A stretch of 64,000 bases of DNA from Eledone cirrhosa (Eukaryota): NCBI GenBank assembly GCA_964016885.1, contig OZ024743.1, forward strand, positions 115,940,001 to 116,004,000, read 5' to 3'. Below the pieces are notes generated by a model. It saw only the letters and a list, made by a program, of their open reading frames with translations. It did no database searches and was not told the origin of the DNA. Positions 13,096 to 27,731 of this stretch are shown here, piece by piece; the first letter of the stretch is position 1; the number at the start of each line of letters is the position of its first letter. Position numbers and translations under genes: made by a program.

Positions 13096-14779
13096 TGATC
13101 CCTTTAAATCTCACTTCCTCTCTATCACTCATACTCCTTCAATGGAGGAAATCAGCTGTATTTAGCCTCGGAGAAGGGATGAGCTTTCCATTTTTAAAGA
13201 ATGCCCCATAAATGCCCTGTGTTATTGGGGCGCTCCAACAATTCCACCAAAAAGATGAAGCAGTACTGCGACTGCAAACCCATTGTCATACTTTCTCTCG
13301 TTTGGTATTAAAAGAATACTCCATCGATAAATATGAATTCTAAATTAGAAAAATAAACGTGGAACAGGCAGATGGCAAAATAAATATTAACTGGTACCTA
13401 GTTTATAGAACACTGGATGTATAAAAAAATTGGGTTTTGAATTCAGAAACGGAAGGAATGTATCTAAATTCCATGGCATTCTACCACCTGGGGCTTTGAA
13501 AATAAAGATTTCCATAATAGAAACGAGACTTCACACTTAGCGGAAAGATATAGCCGATGAAATCTCTTTGTTTAATTGACTATGGATCTACAACAAATCC
13601 CACCACGGCCACCAACACCACACTACAATGTTAGTTGTAAACACACACATACATCTCTTTCTCTCTCTCTCACCTCTCTCTCAAAAGTATTTGAATGATA
13701 CATATTTCATCGACACCGAATGAATAAAATGCAAGGTTGACCTTGGCAGAATTTCCAAAGAGAACATAAAAGTTTATAACAAAATACTTTCAGACATGTT
13801 ATTCGTAGCTCTATCAATAAACACGAGATTTCTTTCAGAAATATACTTATCCATAAGTAGACAAAATTTGAATGATGACATATTGACATATTTTATGCCA
13901 AGAATTAAAGAAAGTTTGGGATATGAAAATATTGAAAACTATCAAACACTGAATAATGTTGATAAACAATACTTCGAACGGGCCACATACTATTGAACTA
14001 CATTTTATCATGATTAGGTCGTACGGAACCACTTTTATGTTATTGTAGGTACCAACCAGAAACGCTATGATATTATTAACTCCAATGTAGAAACAACTAC
14101 TCTGAGAAAAAGATCACTTGAAGTGTGATTGAAGGTGCAATATATTGTCAAACATCTACCAAATATACACCAGTAAATGGAAGCTATGAAGCTGCTTCTT
14201 TGATGCTCTTTTTTTCACTTGTTTATCTTATATATATTTCTTTTGTCTTTTGTTGACTGTTGCATGTTTGTCTCATTCTGTCTATCTTGTTTTTGTTTCT
14301 TAAATATAAGAGGAAATGATACCTTTCGTAGTTTAAATTGATTAAATAAATAAATAAGAGGAGGGAAGATATAATCACAGTAATCTATTTTATTTGTCAT
14401 TCTACCAGTGAATACGAACCCTCTGTAGAATGACTTAGTAACACTATAAACACATGATCATATCAATGATAGATTAAATATGAATGCCAATCACTTATTG
14501 TTGAATAAGGCTTGCCAGTCATTTGCTGTTAAATGAAGAATGCCAGGCGTTATTGATTGGATGAGGAATGCCAGTTTGATAAAGTCTGTTTTACATTTGA
14601 TATAAATAATGTGGTTTACTATGGCAGTACTTTTACGTGTAGAGTTTTGACTTTTTAGAAAAATAATGTGTAGTTGAAGTGGGTAGGTATTGGCTGTTGT
14701 TGCTCTTTAAACTTGCGTTAATTATGAGGGAATGGGCCTATAAAGAAAGGCATTAGAGCTATGCATAATATATAGAAGC

Positions 14780-14900
14780 ACCATGGCCAAATGTTTAAAA
14801 AGTTTGTTGCGCAATCATTTGGTCCCGGGTTTGATGTTACTGGGTTGCATCTTGGATAAGTCACAATTAACATGGCTTCGTGTCGACCAATGTCTTGTGG
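14780..14900 (+). mobile_element. Possible second tRNA-derived SINE family, decayed
   Basis: A-box-like tggccaaatgtt and B-box-like gggtttgatg. Confidence 0.3.
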
Positions 14901-15685
14901 TAGACGAAAACTGTTTGGACACCCGTCTGAGAACCGTACCTGAATTCAAAGAGCCAATGCTTAACATAGAAAACATCATACATGATCCTCCTGAGTATTA
15001 AGTAAGGCGTACACATTTTTTGTGAAACGTTTAGGTATTTACAGTTAATTACTTGAAAATAATGTTCCGTTGATCGAAGAACTGTCACATTCATCGTTCA
15101 AACTGACGGAGATCCATTCCGCAAGAATACCTTATCAAAAATTCAACATTTGCAATTTAATATAGCTGCATTTTGATATTTTGAAACAGATTTAACTGTA
15201 ATTTCTAAGCAGTTAAACTGCGTGGATGTACTTACACTCTCATGGAGCTGTTAGAAAACTCTTCCAGTGTTAGCTCATAGAGTGGTATTTTCTGTCATTT
15301 ATTGTTATTCTATCATGTTAGAGATATATTAAAGTTACTTTCATTTTCATTATAAATGAACGTGTATGGTCAGTAAAATCGTTACAGCGTCGAACAATAT
15401 GCTCTACTAGTGTCGATAAAATAAAGTACTAGTCATGACCCCCCCCCCCCCCCCCACATACACACACACACATCCCCACCCCCCACCCACACACACACAC
15501 AGAAATGATTGGCCTTGTTCATGAATTAGAAGTTTTATATGAAACGGCATGATTTTAACAGATGATATTGGACATAAGTTAGTGTATAAGCTGAATTAGT
15601 GAAGTTTCAGATAAAATGCTCTTCTACATTTGCAATGTAGGTCACATACACACGCACACACATATAAATATATATATATATATTT

Positions 15686-15732
<47 letters not shown>

Positions 15733-15735
<3 letters not shown>

Positions 15736-16140
15736 AGTTTATCTTGGTTGCATACCAACACCCTAGTATGCAGGCTGGAGCACTCGACGAAGTGCGCAGG
15801 TTGGTTACTCCGGGGTAGTGTAAAATAAGTTAAATAAAAGTCAAATGATTAAAATTTAGCTTCGTTTATTACTGCTATATATATTTCAGTGACAGCCATC
15901 TTTGGCTGTCACCTCTTCAGGCAGTTTGAATTAGTATGGTATAGACAAGTACATATGTTGTTGAGGTGTATAATATTGTCAATACTCTGATATGACCAGT
16001 TCCTTGTTGGGTTGTTATTTCAAAGCTGTCTAAACGTATTGTTATTACTCTGGGCTACTTTTTCCATTCGAGTGCTAAATCTACATACAGAATTTGCATT
16101 CGTTAGCTTGGCGCAAACTAAGGGTACGTTAATGCTGTAC
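15733..16140 (-). mobile_element. Non-autonomous PLE-derived element (family A) between (TA)n tracts
   Basis: Homologous to 1-330 and contains an HHR. 16188-16232 is a short inverted copy of ~16024-16067. Confidence 0.75.
15871..15925 (-). ncRNA. Type I hammerhead ribozyme (family A)
   Basis: Reverse complement reads actgc-CTGAAGA-g gtgacagcc aaagat ggctgtcac t-GAAA-tatat-ATA-gcagt. Confidence 0.85.
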
Positions 16141-16144
16141 TAAA

Positions 16145-16190
<46 letters not shown>

Positions 16191-16748
16191 GAAAAGTACC
16201 CCAGAGTAAGAACAATACGTTTAGACAGCTTAGCAAATCAAATATAGCGATCGGCAGTCCAGCCGCACATACATACATTAACACACACGCATATATGTAT
16301 GTGCAAACTATAAACAGAAACAACAAAAGCAAACACTTGATATAGTAGGGAAAGAGTCTTTACGTGTCATTCACTAGTCTTTCATCAGAAGATAGAATGA
16401 GAAATAAAAGATTAAATAGAAAGTTAAAAAGTATGAATCGGGAGGAACTGAAATCAATTTGAGAATAAACACTCGTACGAATTCAGTCAGCCATTTTGGA
16501 GAAAAATATGTATATATATATATATATAAGTTGGAATGGAATGAAACGAAATTTCATTTCTCACTCTTAGTACGGCACTTACTTAAATGAAAGTATGTAT
16601 GTATACGTACATACATATATGTATACAGACGTTTTCGGTATGCCTGACCGATTTAACTCACTCAATATGCAAATTAGGCTGCTCAGCCGTTAATTTTCAT
16701 AAGGAAAGTATATACTTTCGAACGTTCAACTATCTGGCCGATGGTTAA

Positions 16749-16791
16749 ACGGTGCTGATGATAGCTAACAAGCTTGAAACTAGTACATCGT
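16749..16791 (+). ncRNA. Minimal type I hammerhead ribozyme (family D)
   Basis: acggtg-CTGATGA-t agc taacaa gct t-GAAAC-ta-GTA-catcgt. Confidence 0.85.
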
Positions 16792-17205
16792 TCCTGTGTC
16801 AGTGTTGAACAAAAGGGTGACGTGGTTGCCTTGACACCGTATGGCATAAATTCAGGCTGTTCAGTTTGTTTACAAACGAACAAAGCGGCGTTATAATAGG
16901 CGTCCGCTAGGCTGATACGTGCATATATTTATGTGTACCTGTATGCATATATGTATATATATATATGCATGCTACTGTACGTCTGTATACATATATGTAT
17001 GTACGTATACATGCATAATTACACTTAAGTAAGTGCCATACTAAGAGTGAGAAATGAAATTTCGTTTTCATTTTATTTCAATTTATCGTTTTCGGTATGC
17101 CTGACCGATTTAACTCACTCAATATGCCAATTAGGCTGCTCAGCCGTTAATTTTCATAAGGAAAGTATATACTTTCGAACGTTCAACTATCTGGCAGATG
17201 GGTAA

Positions 17206-17248
17206 ACGGTGCTGATGATAGCTAACAAGCTTGAAACTAGTACATCGT
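17206..17248 (+). ncRNA. Minimal type I hammerhead ribozyme (family D)
   Basis: Identical to 16749-16791. Confidence 0.85.
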
Positions 17249-17410
17249 TCCTGTGTCAGTGTTGAACAAAAGGGTGACGTGGTTGCCTTGACACCGTATG
17301 GCATAAATTCAGGCTGTTCAGTTTGTTTACCAACGAACAAAGCGGCGTTATAATAAGCGTCCGCTAGGCTGATGCGTGCATATATGTATGTGTACCTGTA
17401 TGCATATATG

Positions 17411-17522
<112 letters not shown>

Positions 17523-17633
17523 TGCTACTGTACGTCTGTATACATATATGTATGTACGTATACATGCATACTTACACTTAAGTAAGTGCCATACTAAGAG
17601 TGAGAAATGAAATTTCGTTTTCATTTTATTTCA

Positions 17634-17668
<35 letters not shown>

Positions 17669-17879
17669 CAGGCACACATATATATATGTGCGTATCAGTT
17701 TAGTGAATATTTATTATAACATTCGCTTTGTTCGTTTGTAAACATTCTATTCCAACTTATCGTTTTCGGTGCGCCTGGCCGACTGAACTCACTCGATATG
17801 CAAATTAGGCTGCTCAGCCGTTAATTTTCATAAGGAAAGTATGTACATTCGAACATTCAACCATCTGGCAGAAGGGTAT

Positions 17880-17922
17880 ACTGTGCTGACGATAGCTAAC
17901 AATCTTGAAACTAGTACATCGT
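17880..17922 (+). ncRNA. Minimal hammerhead ribozyme (family D)
   Basis: actgtg-CTGACGA-tagctaacaatctt-GAAAC-ta-GTA-catcgt. Confidence 0.7.
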
Positions 17923-18075
17923 TCCTGTGTTAGTGTTGAACAAAAAGGTGACGTGGTTGCCTTAACACCGTACGGCATAAAGCAGGCTGTCCGTTTGTTT
18001 ACAAACGAACAAAGCGAATGTTACAATAAATATTCGCTAAACTGATACGTACATATATATATGCGTGCCTGTATG

Positions 18076-18120
<45 letters not shown>

Positions 18121-18354
18121 GCTACTGTAGGTCTGTATACATATATGTATGTACGTATACATACATACTTACATTTAAGTAAGTGACGTACTAAGAGTGA
18201 GAAATGAAATTTCGTTTCATTCTATTCCAACTTATCGTTTTCGGTGCGCCTGGTCGACTGATCTCACTCGATATGCAAATTAGGCTGCTCAGCCGTTAAT
18301 TTTCATAAAGAAAGTATATACTTTCGAACGTTCAACCATCTGGCAGAAGGGTAT

Positions 18355-18397
18355 ACGGTGCTGACGATAGTTAACAAGCTTGAAACAAGTACATCGT
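18355..18397 (+). ncRNA. Minimal hammerhead ribozyme (family D)
   Basis: acggtg-CTGACGA-tagttaacaagctt-GAAAC-aa-GTA-catcgt. Confidence 0.75.
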
Positions 18398-18546
18398 TCC
18401 TGTGTCAGTGTTGAACAAAAAGGTGACGTGGTTGCCTTAACACCGTACGGGATAAATCAGGCTGTCCGTTTGTTTACAAACGAACAAAGCGAATGTTATA
18501 ATAAATATTCGCTAAACTGATACGTACACATATATATGTTTGCCTG

Positions 18547-18646
<100 letters not shown>

Positions 18647-18698
18647 CATGCTACTGTACGTCTGTATACATATATGTATGTACGTATACATAAATACT

Positions 18699-18785
<87 letters not shown>

Positions 18786-18787
<2 letters not shown>

Positions 18788-20730
18788 GAAAAAGTATGAC
18801 CCCGACGGCAGAACTCAAGCTGTTTCGACGGCTATTTCTGGACTAAATTAGAATTTTTAGCCTGGTAATAAATAACCGAACTTGCCAAGGGTACATCCTT
18901 ATATGGGAAGATTTTAGTTGTCAAGAGGATTGGTCAAAATTTGTTGTAAACACAAATAAGTCTATCATGGCATTTGGTGGGAGGTAGGGGTGGCTGAACT
19001 TGCCTGTAGAACAATGAGGGTGTGAGTGGAGCCTGTCAAGCGTTGAAAGTGAAATCTATACAACAGATTTTAAGGATAGTGTATGAAAATCGAAAAATTG
19101 TGCTGGAGAAAATGGAGGAGGGATGTTATAGAATAGGTATGTCAAATGGGAGTAGGAGACAATAAAAGAAATATGAAAAAAATATATAAAATTAGATAGT
19201 GAGAAATGAATAAAAAAAACAAAAACAGTAGAGTCTAGAAACAGCTGCTATGATTACTAGGTGTTGCTTGTACGGCCAAAGCTATAGAAAAGGTTAATAA
19301 GTTGAGAATGGAAAATACTAAATAAGAAATTGTAGAAGTGGGTAGTGAAAAAATATAATGCAAACTTTTCAGGGGCAAAACTTCACAGCTGCTATACATA
19401 GTTTGTAAAGCGTATTCCGCCAATGCTATCTTACAATTACAGGTTAATAAGTTGAGAATAGAAAATACTAAATAAGAAATTTTGAAATTGTAGAATTGGA
19501 GTAGTAACAAAAATGATACAAAATTACAGGGGCCTAACACATCTGCTATAAATAGTTAGTAAAGCGTATTCGGCCAATTCTATCTTAGGATGAGACGGGG
19601 GAAGAAGAAAACACAGAGGAAAAGAAAAGATGTACATCTACCTATGTAAGCTGGGGTTTCCCCTAACTTATTCGACAAGTGGGGGTATCAGGCCTTCTCT
19701 ACCTGCCCTCAAACCCCATAACGACCTGATTGGGCAGACAAGGGCTGATACCCCCACTCGCCGAATAAGTTAGGGGAAACCCCAGCTTACATAGGTAGAT
19801 GTACATCTTTTCTTTTCCTCTATGTTTTCTTCTTCCCCCGTCTCATCCTAAGATAGAATTGGCCGAATACGCTTTACTAACTATTTATAGCAGATGTGTT
19901 AGGCCCCTGTAATTTTGTATCATTTTTGTTACTACTCCAATTCTACAATTTCAAAATTTCTTATTTAGTATTTTCTATTCTCAACTTATTAACCTATAAT
20001 AGTAAGATAGCATTGGCTGATTACGCTTTACTAACTATTTATAGCAGCTGTGTTAGACCCCTTAAAAGTTTGCATTATATTTTTTCACTACCCACTTCTA
20101 CAATTTCTTATTTAGTATTTTCCATTCTCAACTTATTAACCTTTTCTATAGGTTTGGCCGTACAAGCAACACCTACTAATTATAGCAGCTGTTTCTAGAC
20201 TCTACTGTTTTTGTTTCTTTTATTCATTTCTCACTATCTAATTTTATATATTTTTTTCATATTTCTTTTATTGTCTCCTACTCCCATTTGACATACCTAT
20301 ACTATAACTTCCCTTCTCCATTTTCTCCAGAACAATTTTTCGATTTTCATACACTATCCTTAGAATCTGCTGTATAGATTTCACTTTCAACGCTTGACAA
20401 GCTCCACTCACTCCCTCATTGTTCCACAGGCAAGTTCAGCCACCCCAACCTCCCACCAAATGCCATGATAGACTTATTTGTGTTTACAATAAATGTTGAC
20501 CAATCCTCTTAACAACCACAATCTTTCCATATTAGGAAGTACCCCTTGACAAGTTCGGCTATTTATTTACCAGGCTAAAACTTCTAATTAAGTCCAGAAA
20601 TAGCCGTCTAAATGTGTTGAACTCTGCCGTCGGTGTCATACTTTTTCCTATTACCCACTCTACTACCCTAAGTATTGTGTACTCTGGTGCGTTATGGTCT
20701 ATCTGGCTCCTTACCACAATTTCTTCGTTA
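18786..20730. mobile_element. Non-coding foldback element (family E) with ~910-bp inverted arms
   Basis: 18786-19695 pairs with 19742-20649 around a ~46-bp spacer. It has an internal direct duplication, (TA)n flanks and an HHR remnant in each arm. Confidence 0.85.
20541..20636 (+). ncRNA. Decayed hammerhead (family E, U3:A8); mirror copy at 18799-18892 on the minus strand
   Basis: Consensus of the two arms: acccc-TTGACAA-gttcggctattt...aaatagccgtc-GAAAC...gcc-GTC-ggggt. Each arm has different lesions. Confidence 0.55.
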
Positions 20731-21305
20731 TATATATATATACACTTCTACATACACTTACATAATAATACATACATACACACACACACACATGTATGTT
20801 GATGCACTTTTCGTTTCTTTTCAAAATATATTCTAGCATTGCATTAATAATGCAATTTAATGTTATTTACTTTTGCTAATTCTATAAATAAAAGGTGAAT
20901 ATATTTAAACTAACCTGAACTAGTTTGAAAAATGACATATCATTCAATAATTGTAGACTTTCCAAAGGGATATTTTGATTTCTTACATTTAATAGATAAA
21001 AGCTCTCTCATTAAATTTCTGCCACTAGCCCCAATCCTAGCTCTATTCCGAAAGGTGTTATTTCCGCAGCGACAATGTTTAATAATATACATATAGCTGG
21101 AAATTTTATTAGTTTTAGTTTGATTTCATAAGCTTCTATCTTCCTAAAGTATCTTTAAGCTATAATACAATTCTTCATTAATTCTAAATTAATCTTCTGT
21201 TATGTGCGGCAACATAGTATTCAAATCATAATTGATACTTCTTAACGATAACTATATAATTGGAATGCTATTTCTAAGACGTTTTCGCAAAGGTAATGGG
21301 GATTA

Positions 21306-21415
<110 letters not shown>

Positions 21416-22888
21416 TGATTTTATTCATACAACTCATTCAAAATACATCTATATATTATATCAATAATGTGTACAAATATATAACAACTTTATAACATGA
21501 AAAGTTGGAATTTATATATTCTATATAATGAAGATATATTGAGAAGATTTATGTTGACTGTGCAATATTTAGAAATAAGTAACTAAAATATTGCTAAAAT
21601 ACACATTTACTACTCTGGAAGGCCCTAAACCATGACAACATAACTATTCTCTCGTAAGTAATTGATAGGCACACATAAGTACGAAGAAGAACAATTTCAT
21701 GAAATATTAACAGAGTCAGAGACAACACAAGACTGTATCCATAATCCTGAAAGCTAAAAATTCGGCTAACCAATAATCTACAACCTACTCAGCCTTAAAT
21801 ATATCATTACCGCATGTCTCGAATAAAAACTTTTTTCAAGCAAACATGAAATGCTGTTGAAATTACAGATACAGCTTAAAGTTCAATATCTATTGATCTA
21901 AAACAGCATAACTGAAGACTGCAGAAATACTTAAAACGGTATTCGCATAACAAGTATTGGCTACAAGAATGCTTTTGATAGTATTCAGCGCTCGTCAATT
22001 CAACCAAATATTAGCAATAAGCAAAACATAAATGAACATGTTCGTATATGTGCATATGTCTTTCTGTGTGTCTACGTACGTGTGCTCATCATATCTGTGA
22101 ATAAATAATGTATTTCTTTTTGTTTTTACATGGGGCGTGGGGGGGATTTTCTTCATACAAAATTGTGATTTTAACATTTTTTTTAGCGAAATCTTCCCTC
22201 GTTATTATTCATTGTTCGGAAAATTTACATTCATAAATATAACAAATAATCGAATGTCTATAGGGTATTATTGTTTCACTTACACCAAGCAATACGTGTG
22301 TTATATCATATAATATAATATAATGTAATATACCATATAATATAATATAATATAAAATTTATAATATGATATATAGCAAAATGATGTTAAAAAAAACAGT
22401 TACGTACATCTTCCTGTAAACAAAGTGGGAGATACAAACGAACACCTATTTACTGGAGACTTTCATACCAGGAAGATTAGTGGTGAATGGCAGCACAAAT
22501 TATATCTGCATTGCGGCTCTCTAGGATCTGCTTTCAAATTCCATTAAATTCTACATTGCATTATATTATTCGTGGCTCCATAAATAAATACCAATATAAT
22601 GAAGTGAATTAGAAGAAAGTTAGAGCGTTCGACGAACTAACTTGTGGTATTTTTTCGGCTATCTTTGCTATGGGTTGAGATCCCACATCGGTAATCCAGT
22701 TTAACACTATCACATGTCAATCTTCTCGTATAAATGAGCGTGTTCCTTTACCCACGGTTATTCTCTAGCCTTTCTTGCGCCTTCAAAGATAATTTATTCG
22801 AACTATTCGGCTATTTGTAGGCGAACCACACTCACTCTCTCTCCCCACTCCCTCTCTCACTGTATATATATATATATATATATATATA

Positions 22889-23085
22889 ACAAAGATGGTG
22901 TTGTAAGATATCAGGTAGACGCACCAGATTACTCAATACTTAGTGAATTAGAGCGGGTAATAGGAAAAGAGTCAGGACCCCGACGGCTGAGCTCTGGCCG
23001 TTTTGACAGCTAGATCCAAACTAGTTCGGATATAGCTGTCGAAACGGCCGGAGCTCAGCCGTCGAGGTCCTGACTCTTTTCCTAT
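22889..23085. mobile_element. Mini foldback of family E containing only the 3' half of the HHR
   Basis: Arms 22961-23018 and 23028-23085. GAAAC-ggccggagctcagcc-GTC-gaggt. The tail is homologous to 20640-20730. Confidence 0.7.
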
Positions 23086-23104
23086 ATATATATAATGTTT
23101 ATTA

Positions 23105-23297
23105 TAATAATTGCTTCTACTTTAGGCACAAGGCCAGCAATTACCCAGTGCATTACTGGTACTTTATTCTATCGACCCCGTAAGGATGAAAGGCAAAGTC
23201 AATCTCGGCGGGATTTGAACTCAGATCGTAAAGGGACGTAACTATGCTGGAAAGCATGGCGTCCGACCCTCCACCGATACTGCCAATCCACCGCCCT
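23105..23297 (-). mobile_element. tRNA-derived SINE, well preserved
   Basis: Close reverse complement of 11269-11460. Confidence 0.88.
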
Positions 23298-23883
23298 AAT
23301 GTTTATTATAATAATAGGTATAAATCAAAGTTGTTGCCGCAATATAGCAGATAACAATTAAAATATTTGAGGCAGTCACAAAGCATTCAATGGTTCGAAA
23401 TTTAATGCATGTTCGTCCAGAGTAGACAAGGAATAAAGGGACCAATGCATGTGGCCATAATGTCTACCAAAACAACAATAAATACAAACAGATCAAAGAA
23501 TAACCTGGACTATTTCGAATAGATAAGAATGGATAGAATTCGATAAACATTTTCGATAGCTTTCTGCAACACCGAAAGATGCACCACGAGTTGCATAATG
23601 CGTATGCAAATCATAGATGCTTATAGCGATGGAAATGGAAAGTCCCATCTTCGAAAAGGTTTTCGTTCATTATTATCCGACGTAGTCTAATCTTGGAAAT
23701 AGTGAGGCATTCTGACATAGTAGTAAATTCGCCAGTGTCATCAGGTGACATTTATCACAAGGAGAAGATCAAATTAGGTGAACGTTTGGCGGGTAAATTC
23801 AGGGTGTGAACAAAGAGATTTTCACAAAGGATCTCTGGACTAGCATTTATAAACAAAAAGTAACTAACATATTATCAATTATC

Positions 23884-24033
23884 CAGTACATTACTGGTAC
23901 TTTATTTTATCGAACCCGTAAGGATGAGAGGCAAAGTTAACCTCGGCGGGATTTGAACTCAGATGATAAAGGGCCGTAACTCTATGCTACAAAGCATGGC
24001 GTCTGGGTCTCTACCGATACCGCCAATGCACCG
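23884..24033 (-). mobile_element. SINE copy abutting the LINE (AAT)n tail
   Basis: ctggtactttattttatcga...gggatttgaactcag...taccgccaatgcaccg. Confidence 0.85.
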
Positions 24034-24039
24034 TCAGGA

Positions 24040-24075
<36 letters not shown>

Positions 24076-24314
24076 TTTCTTTATTAACCACAAGGGTTTA
24101 CATAAAGTAGACATTAAGGACAATGCAGGACGGTACAAGTGGGCATTTCTGCGTGTAAAAAACAAAAACAGAGGATGTAACAAAAAATGACAATGAAAAA
24201 TTCCCCAATAAGGGGGGAGACTTCGGAGGGACATTTGTGGAGAAAGCCCAGTAAAAAGCCACAATGACCCTGACCACCAAGGCAAGTGCCCTCTCCCAGT
24301 TTTCCACCTTTAAT

Positions 24315-27300
24315 TTACAGATATATACTCAGAGTAGGCCCATTCACTCGGGCCATTCTTGCTTCTCTCACCCATCTTTCAACAAAATGCTGGGAAGAGA
24401 GCACTTCCCTCTCTACTCTGATTTTCCTTTTCAAATGAAATTTGAAAAAGTCAATCAGAGCATCACCGAAGAGGTAAGTGCTCGTCTTCAGCCAATTCAA
24501 ACGTGTCCACAATACTATCTCTTTCGCCATGGCCACCAGACAGATAAAAACTGCCTGCCCTTCCCGGCTAAAGGAGGAGGGCGGGGCAATCCTCACGATG
24601 GACTCAGATGATAGCCGGATCCGTCCTAAACGCGGCAGCAGGTGTTCGACATAAACCCACAAGTCAGAAATTTTCGGACACTGGACGAGTGCGTGCAGGA
24701 CGGTTTCGTCGCCGTGCGCGCATCTCGGACATGCCCGGCTGACGGCACCTCCATGCCTGTAGAGTTTATCCCGAACTGGCAAGGCTCCTCGGTAGCACTG
24801 CCAGGCCAGAGATTTCTGGAAGTTGTCCATAGGCCCTGGCCCGAAAGTTCTTCCGAAGAGATTGGCTAGTTGATTTTCGTCGACGCTTAGAGTTTCCCCA
24901 AGTACGTCGTCGCTCTTCCCCTCCACTAATCCTCTATAGAACGCCGAGGTGGAGTTTCCACCGATCACATTGCCCGATTGGTAGAGGACTGTGAGAGCCT
25001 GAAGACATTCCAGTCTCCAGGCGCTCCCTCTCGGACTTCGCTTGACCCAGGACTGCAGATCCGTCAAGGAAACGAGCTGGGGAAATACGTGTCTAGCAAA
25101 CGGCGACCACACCTGATCACCGTCGAGGAAGAGGTGGAGATGTCGTAGCCTGAGCGCGTGCCTGCGCATCATCAGCCACGGCATGCCCAGCCCTCCACGT
25201 AGCGGGTGTTGAAAACTGATGGACCGCCTGACCATTGGAGGGCGTCCCTTCCAGAAAAAGCGAAAGAGCAAACGCTCCAGCGCAGTCAGACGAGGCTTAG
25301 GACAAGGTACGACGGTCAGGCGGTAGCAGATGACAGACGCGATGTACGCGTTAGCCACCTCCGCTCGACCTTTCAGGGATAGCTTCCTCTCCGCCCATTT
25401 CTGGGTGAGAGAAGCCACCCTGCTCGTCACCTCGTCCCAGTTTTTGTCCGTCTGGAGGTCCGGACCGAACCAGACCACTAGCAATTTAACCGGTCCGTCC
25501 GTCCAGCGGCCGACAACGCTGTTGGACGGCATGGACCTGCCTCTCCAGGTGCCGAGCTGCAGGCCCACTGACTTTTCCTGGTTGATCATTGCACCTGTCA
25601 CCGCTTCGTATTCTCTTAGTGTAGTGCCGATCGCCTCGATGAGTTTGGCGTTCGACACCACTACGGTGACATCGTCCGCATATGCTGACACGGATCTTCC
25701 GCATCCTAGGTCGTGCGGGACGCCCCTCAACGTCTCCAGTTTGTGCAGTAGTGGCTCGAGAGTCAATACGTACAAGAGGGACGAGAGGGGACATCCTTGG
25801 CGGACCGAGCGCATGATGTTGAACGCTTCCGACAGGTGACCGTTCATTCTCACCACAGAGCAGATGTCGCTGTGCATGGCAGCGATCCAGCCTCTGAAGA
25901 CGGGCCCAAAGCCAGCCGCCTTCAGGACTGCCGCTAGGTAACGATGGTCGACCCTATCGAAAGCTTTCGACTGATCTAAATTGATCAAGGACCCACCCGT
26001 GCCAGGTTCCCTAGCTACCCTCTCTACGATGTATCGCTTGAGGTGGAGGTTGTCGTGGATGGATATGTCGGGAATGGCGCATGTCTGCGCCTCTCCCACC
26101 AGACAACCAACGACAAGCGCCAACTCTTTCCTAGCACCTTGGCCAAAATCTTGAACTCTGTGTTTAGCAGAGTTATGGGCCGGAAATTATCTATGTTATC
26201 CCCCTTGTTAGGATCCTTTCTCAGCAGCGCCACCGCTCCTCGGCTCACAGAACTGGGAATTCTCCCGTTCTGTTGCCAGTTGCAGTAGACGTCCGCCAAG
26301 AGGCCTCCGAACAAGTCTGGCATCTGTACGTAAAGTTCATAGGGCAGACCATCCAAACCAGGCGATTTACCCCTTGTGCAGCCAGTCATTGCCTACCTTA
26401 CTTCAGCGGCTGTTATCGGCTTTTCCCAACACTTCGCCTCAGTGGTCGAGAGCCGCGGCAGTCCGTCGATGTAGACACTAAAGTCCATCCCTCGACCCGG
26501 CCCACCGCTGGCCCCGAACAGCTGAGCGAAGTGTCGCTGAAAAGCGTCACACATTTGCCCGGGATCGAGTAGCATGCGGCTGTCGTGGTCCACCAAAGAC
26601 CGCATCGTGGCTTTGTACCCACGACGCGCCTTCGCCACTCGGGCCCATTGAACGGCTTTCGTCCCCTCGTGTCTGAGAGCACGCACCCTTGCTCTGACAA
26701 CGCTGCCTTCGTGCTTTGCATTGAAGAATTGGTTAAGGGCCAATTTCGCCGCAAGCACGTCGGTCGCAATGCCTTTGCTAAGCGCCTCGTCTAATTTTCT
26801 AACTAGTTCTCCCTCTGCTCTATTTTTCTCTATTGCTAAAGCCTTACTAAACCTAATGGATTCTATTCTAATCGCTCTTTTCAGAGCAAACCACCACTTG
26901 TTCTTTACGATGGCCCCCGTTAACGCCCGCTTAACTAGTTCGTTAATCCGGTCTCTGTAGGCCTTGCGCGCTGGTAAGGACGCGTTTGGCTTCCAGTAGC
27001 CGGGTCCTCGTCTATGAAGCCTATCTAAGTCAAGAACACAGATCACGAATTTGTAGTCCGTGTAGCTGACTATCTTGAATTGTGGACAGCCTATGCTAGA
27101 CCTATCTATTTCCCTACAAAATACTCTATCTAGATATGATCTGGATGACCCTATGCGATTTGTCCAAGTCCACATTAGCACTTTCGGGAAATCCAATCGG
27201 TACCTGTCAGACAGTTCAAAACGCCTGAGCAGGTTGGTGAGGCTCTTGCACCCTCCACCCCTATCCGCTAATCCCACACAGCCTCAGCGTGCATCTAAGA

Positions 27301-27731
27301 TCCCGTTTCAGTCGCCCACTAACACTAAAGAGCGGGACGTTCCAAGAAAGGTCTCCAGACGCCGGAAGTACAGGCCGCCCTGCTCCTGTCGGTGCATAGA
27401 CGGCCACTAGCCTGAAAGCTTGCCCGTCTCCGCTGGTCACGTCCAGCACCACCAGCTTACCCTCTGGGTCCAGGAAGATGGCCCGTATGGCGAGATCCAA
27501 ACCTCTCCGAAAAAGCACAGCAACTCCAACCCCCGATCCAGGACGGCTGGGAGATGCGTACACATCGTAGCCGCCGAAGATCGGTGCGAAGGCCCGTGCT
27601 TCGGAGATTCTGGTCTCGCTGATGGCCACTACATCTATGTTTAGTGATCTAAGGTCGTTGAGCAGGTGACCCTGCTTCCATGACGACCCCAAGCCACGCG
27701 CATTTACACTGCCTATTCTGAGTGAGGTCAT
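24315..27731 (-). pseudogene. LINE ORF2 (AP endonuclease, RT, zf-RVT), broken into about four frames
   Basis: SVNARGL, ISET, VYAP, SYLDRVF, KSPGLDGLPYELY, FRPITLLNTEFKILAK, LDQSKAFDRV, VRQGCPLS, AYADD, CPRC...ETVLHALVQC. Confidence 0.92.

Noticed and set aside
13720-14160. Possible host exon (ORF 13796-13996)
   Set aside because: Short, with no recognisable motif or convincing splice structure
19235-20198. Mirror ~100-aa ORFs in the family-E arms
   Set aside because: Low-complexity, internally duplicated and without domain motifs; the mirroring simply reflects the inverted repeat
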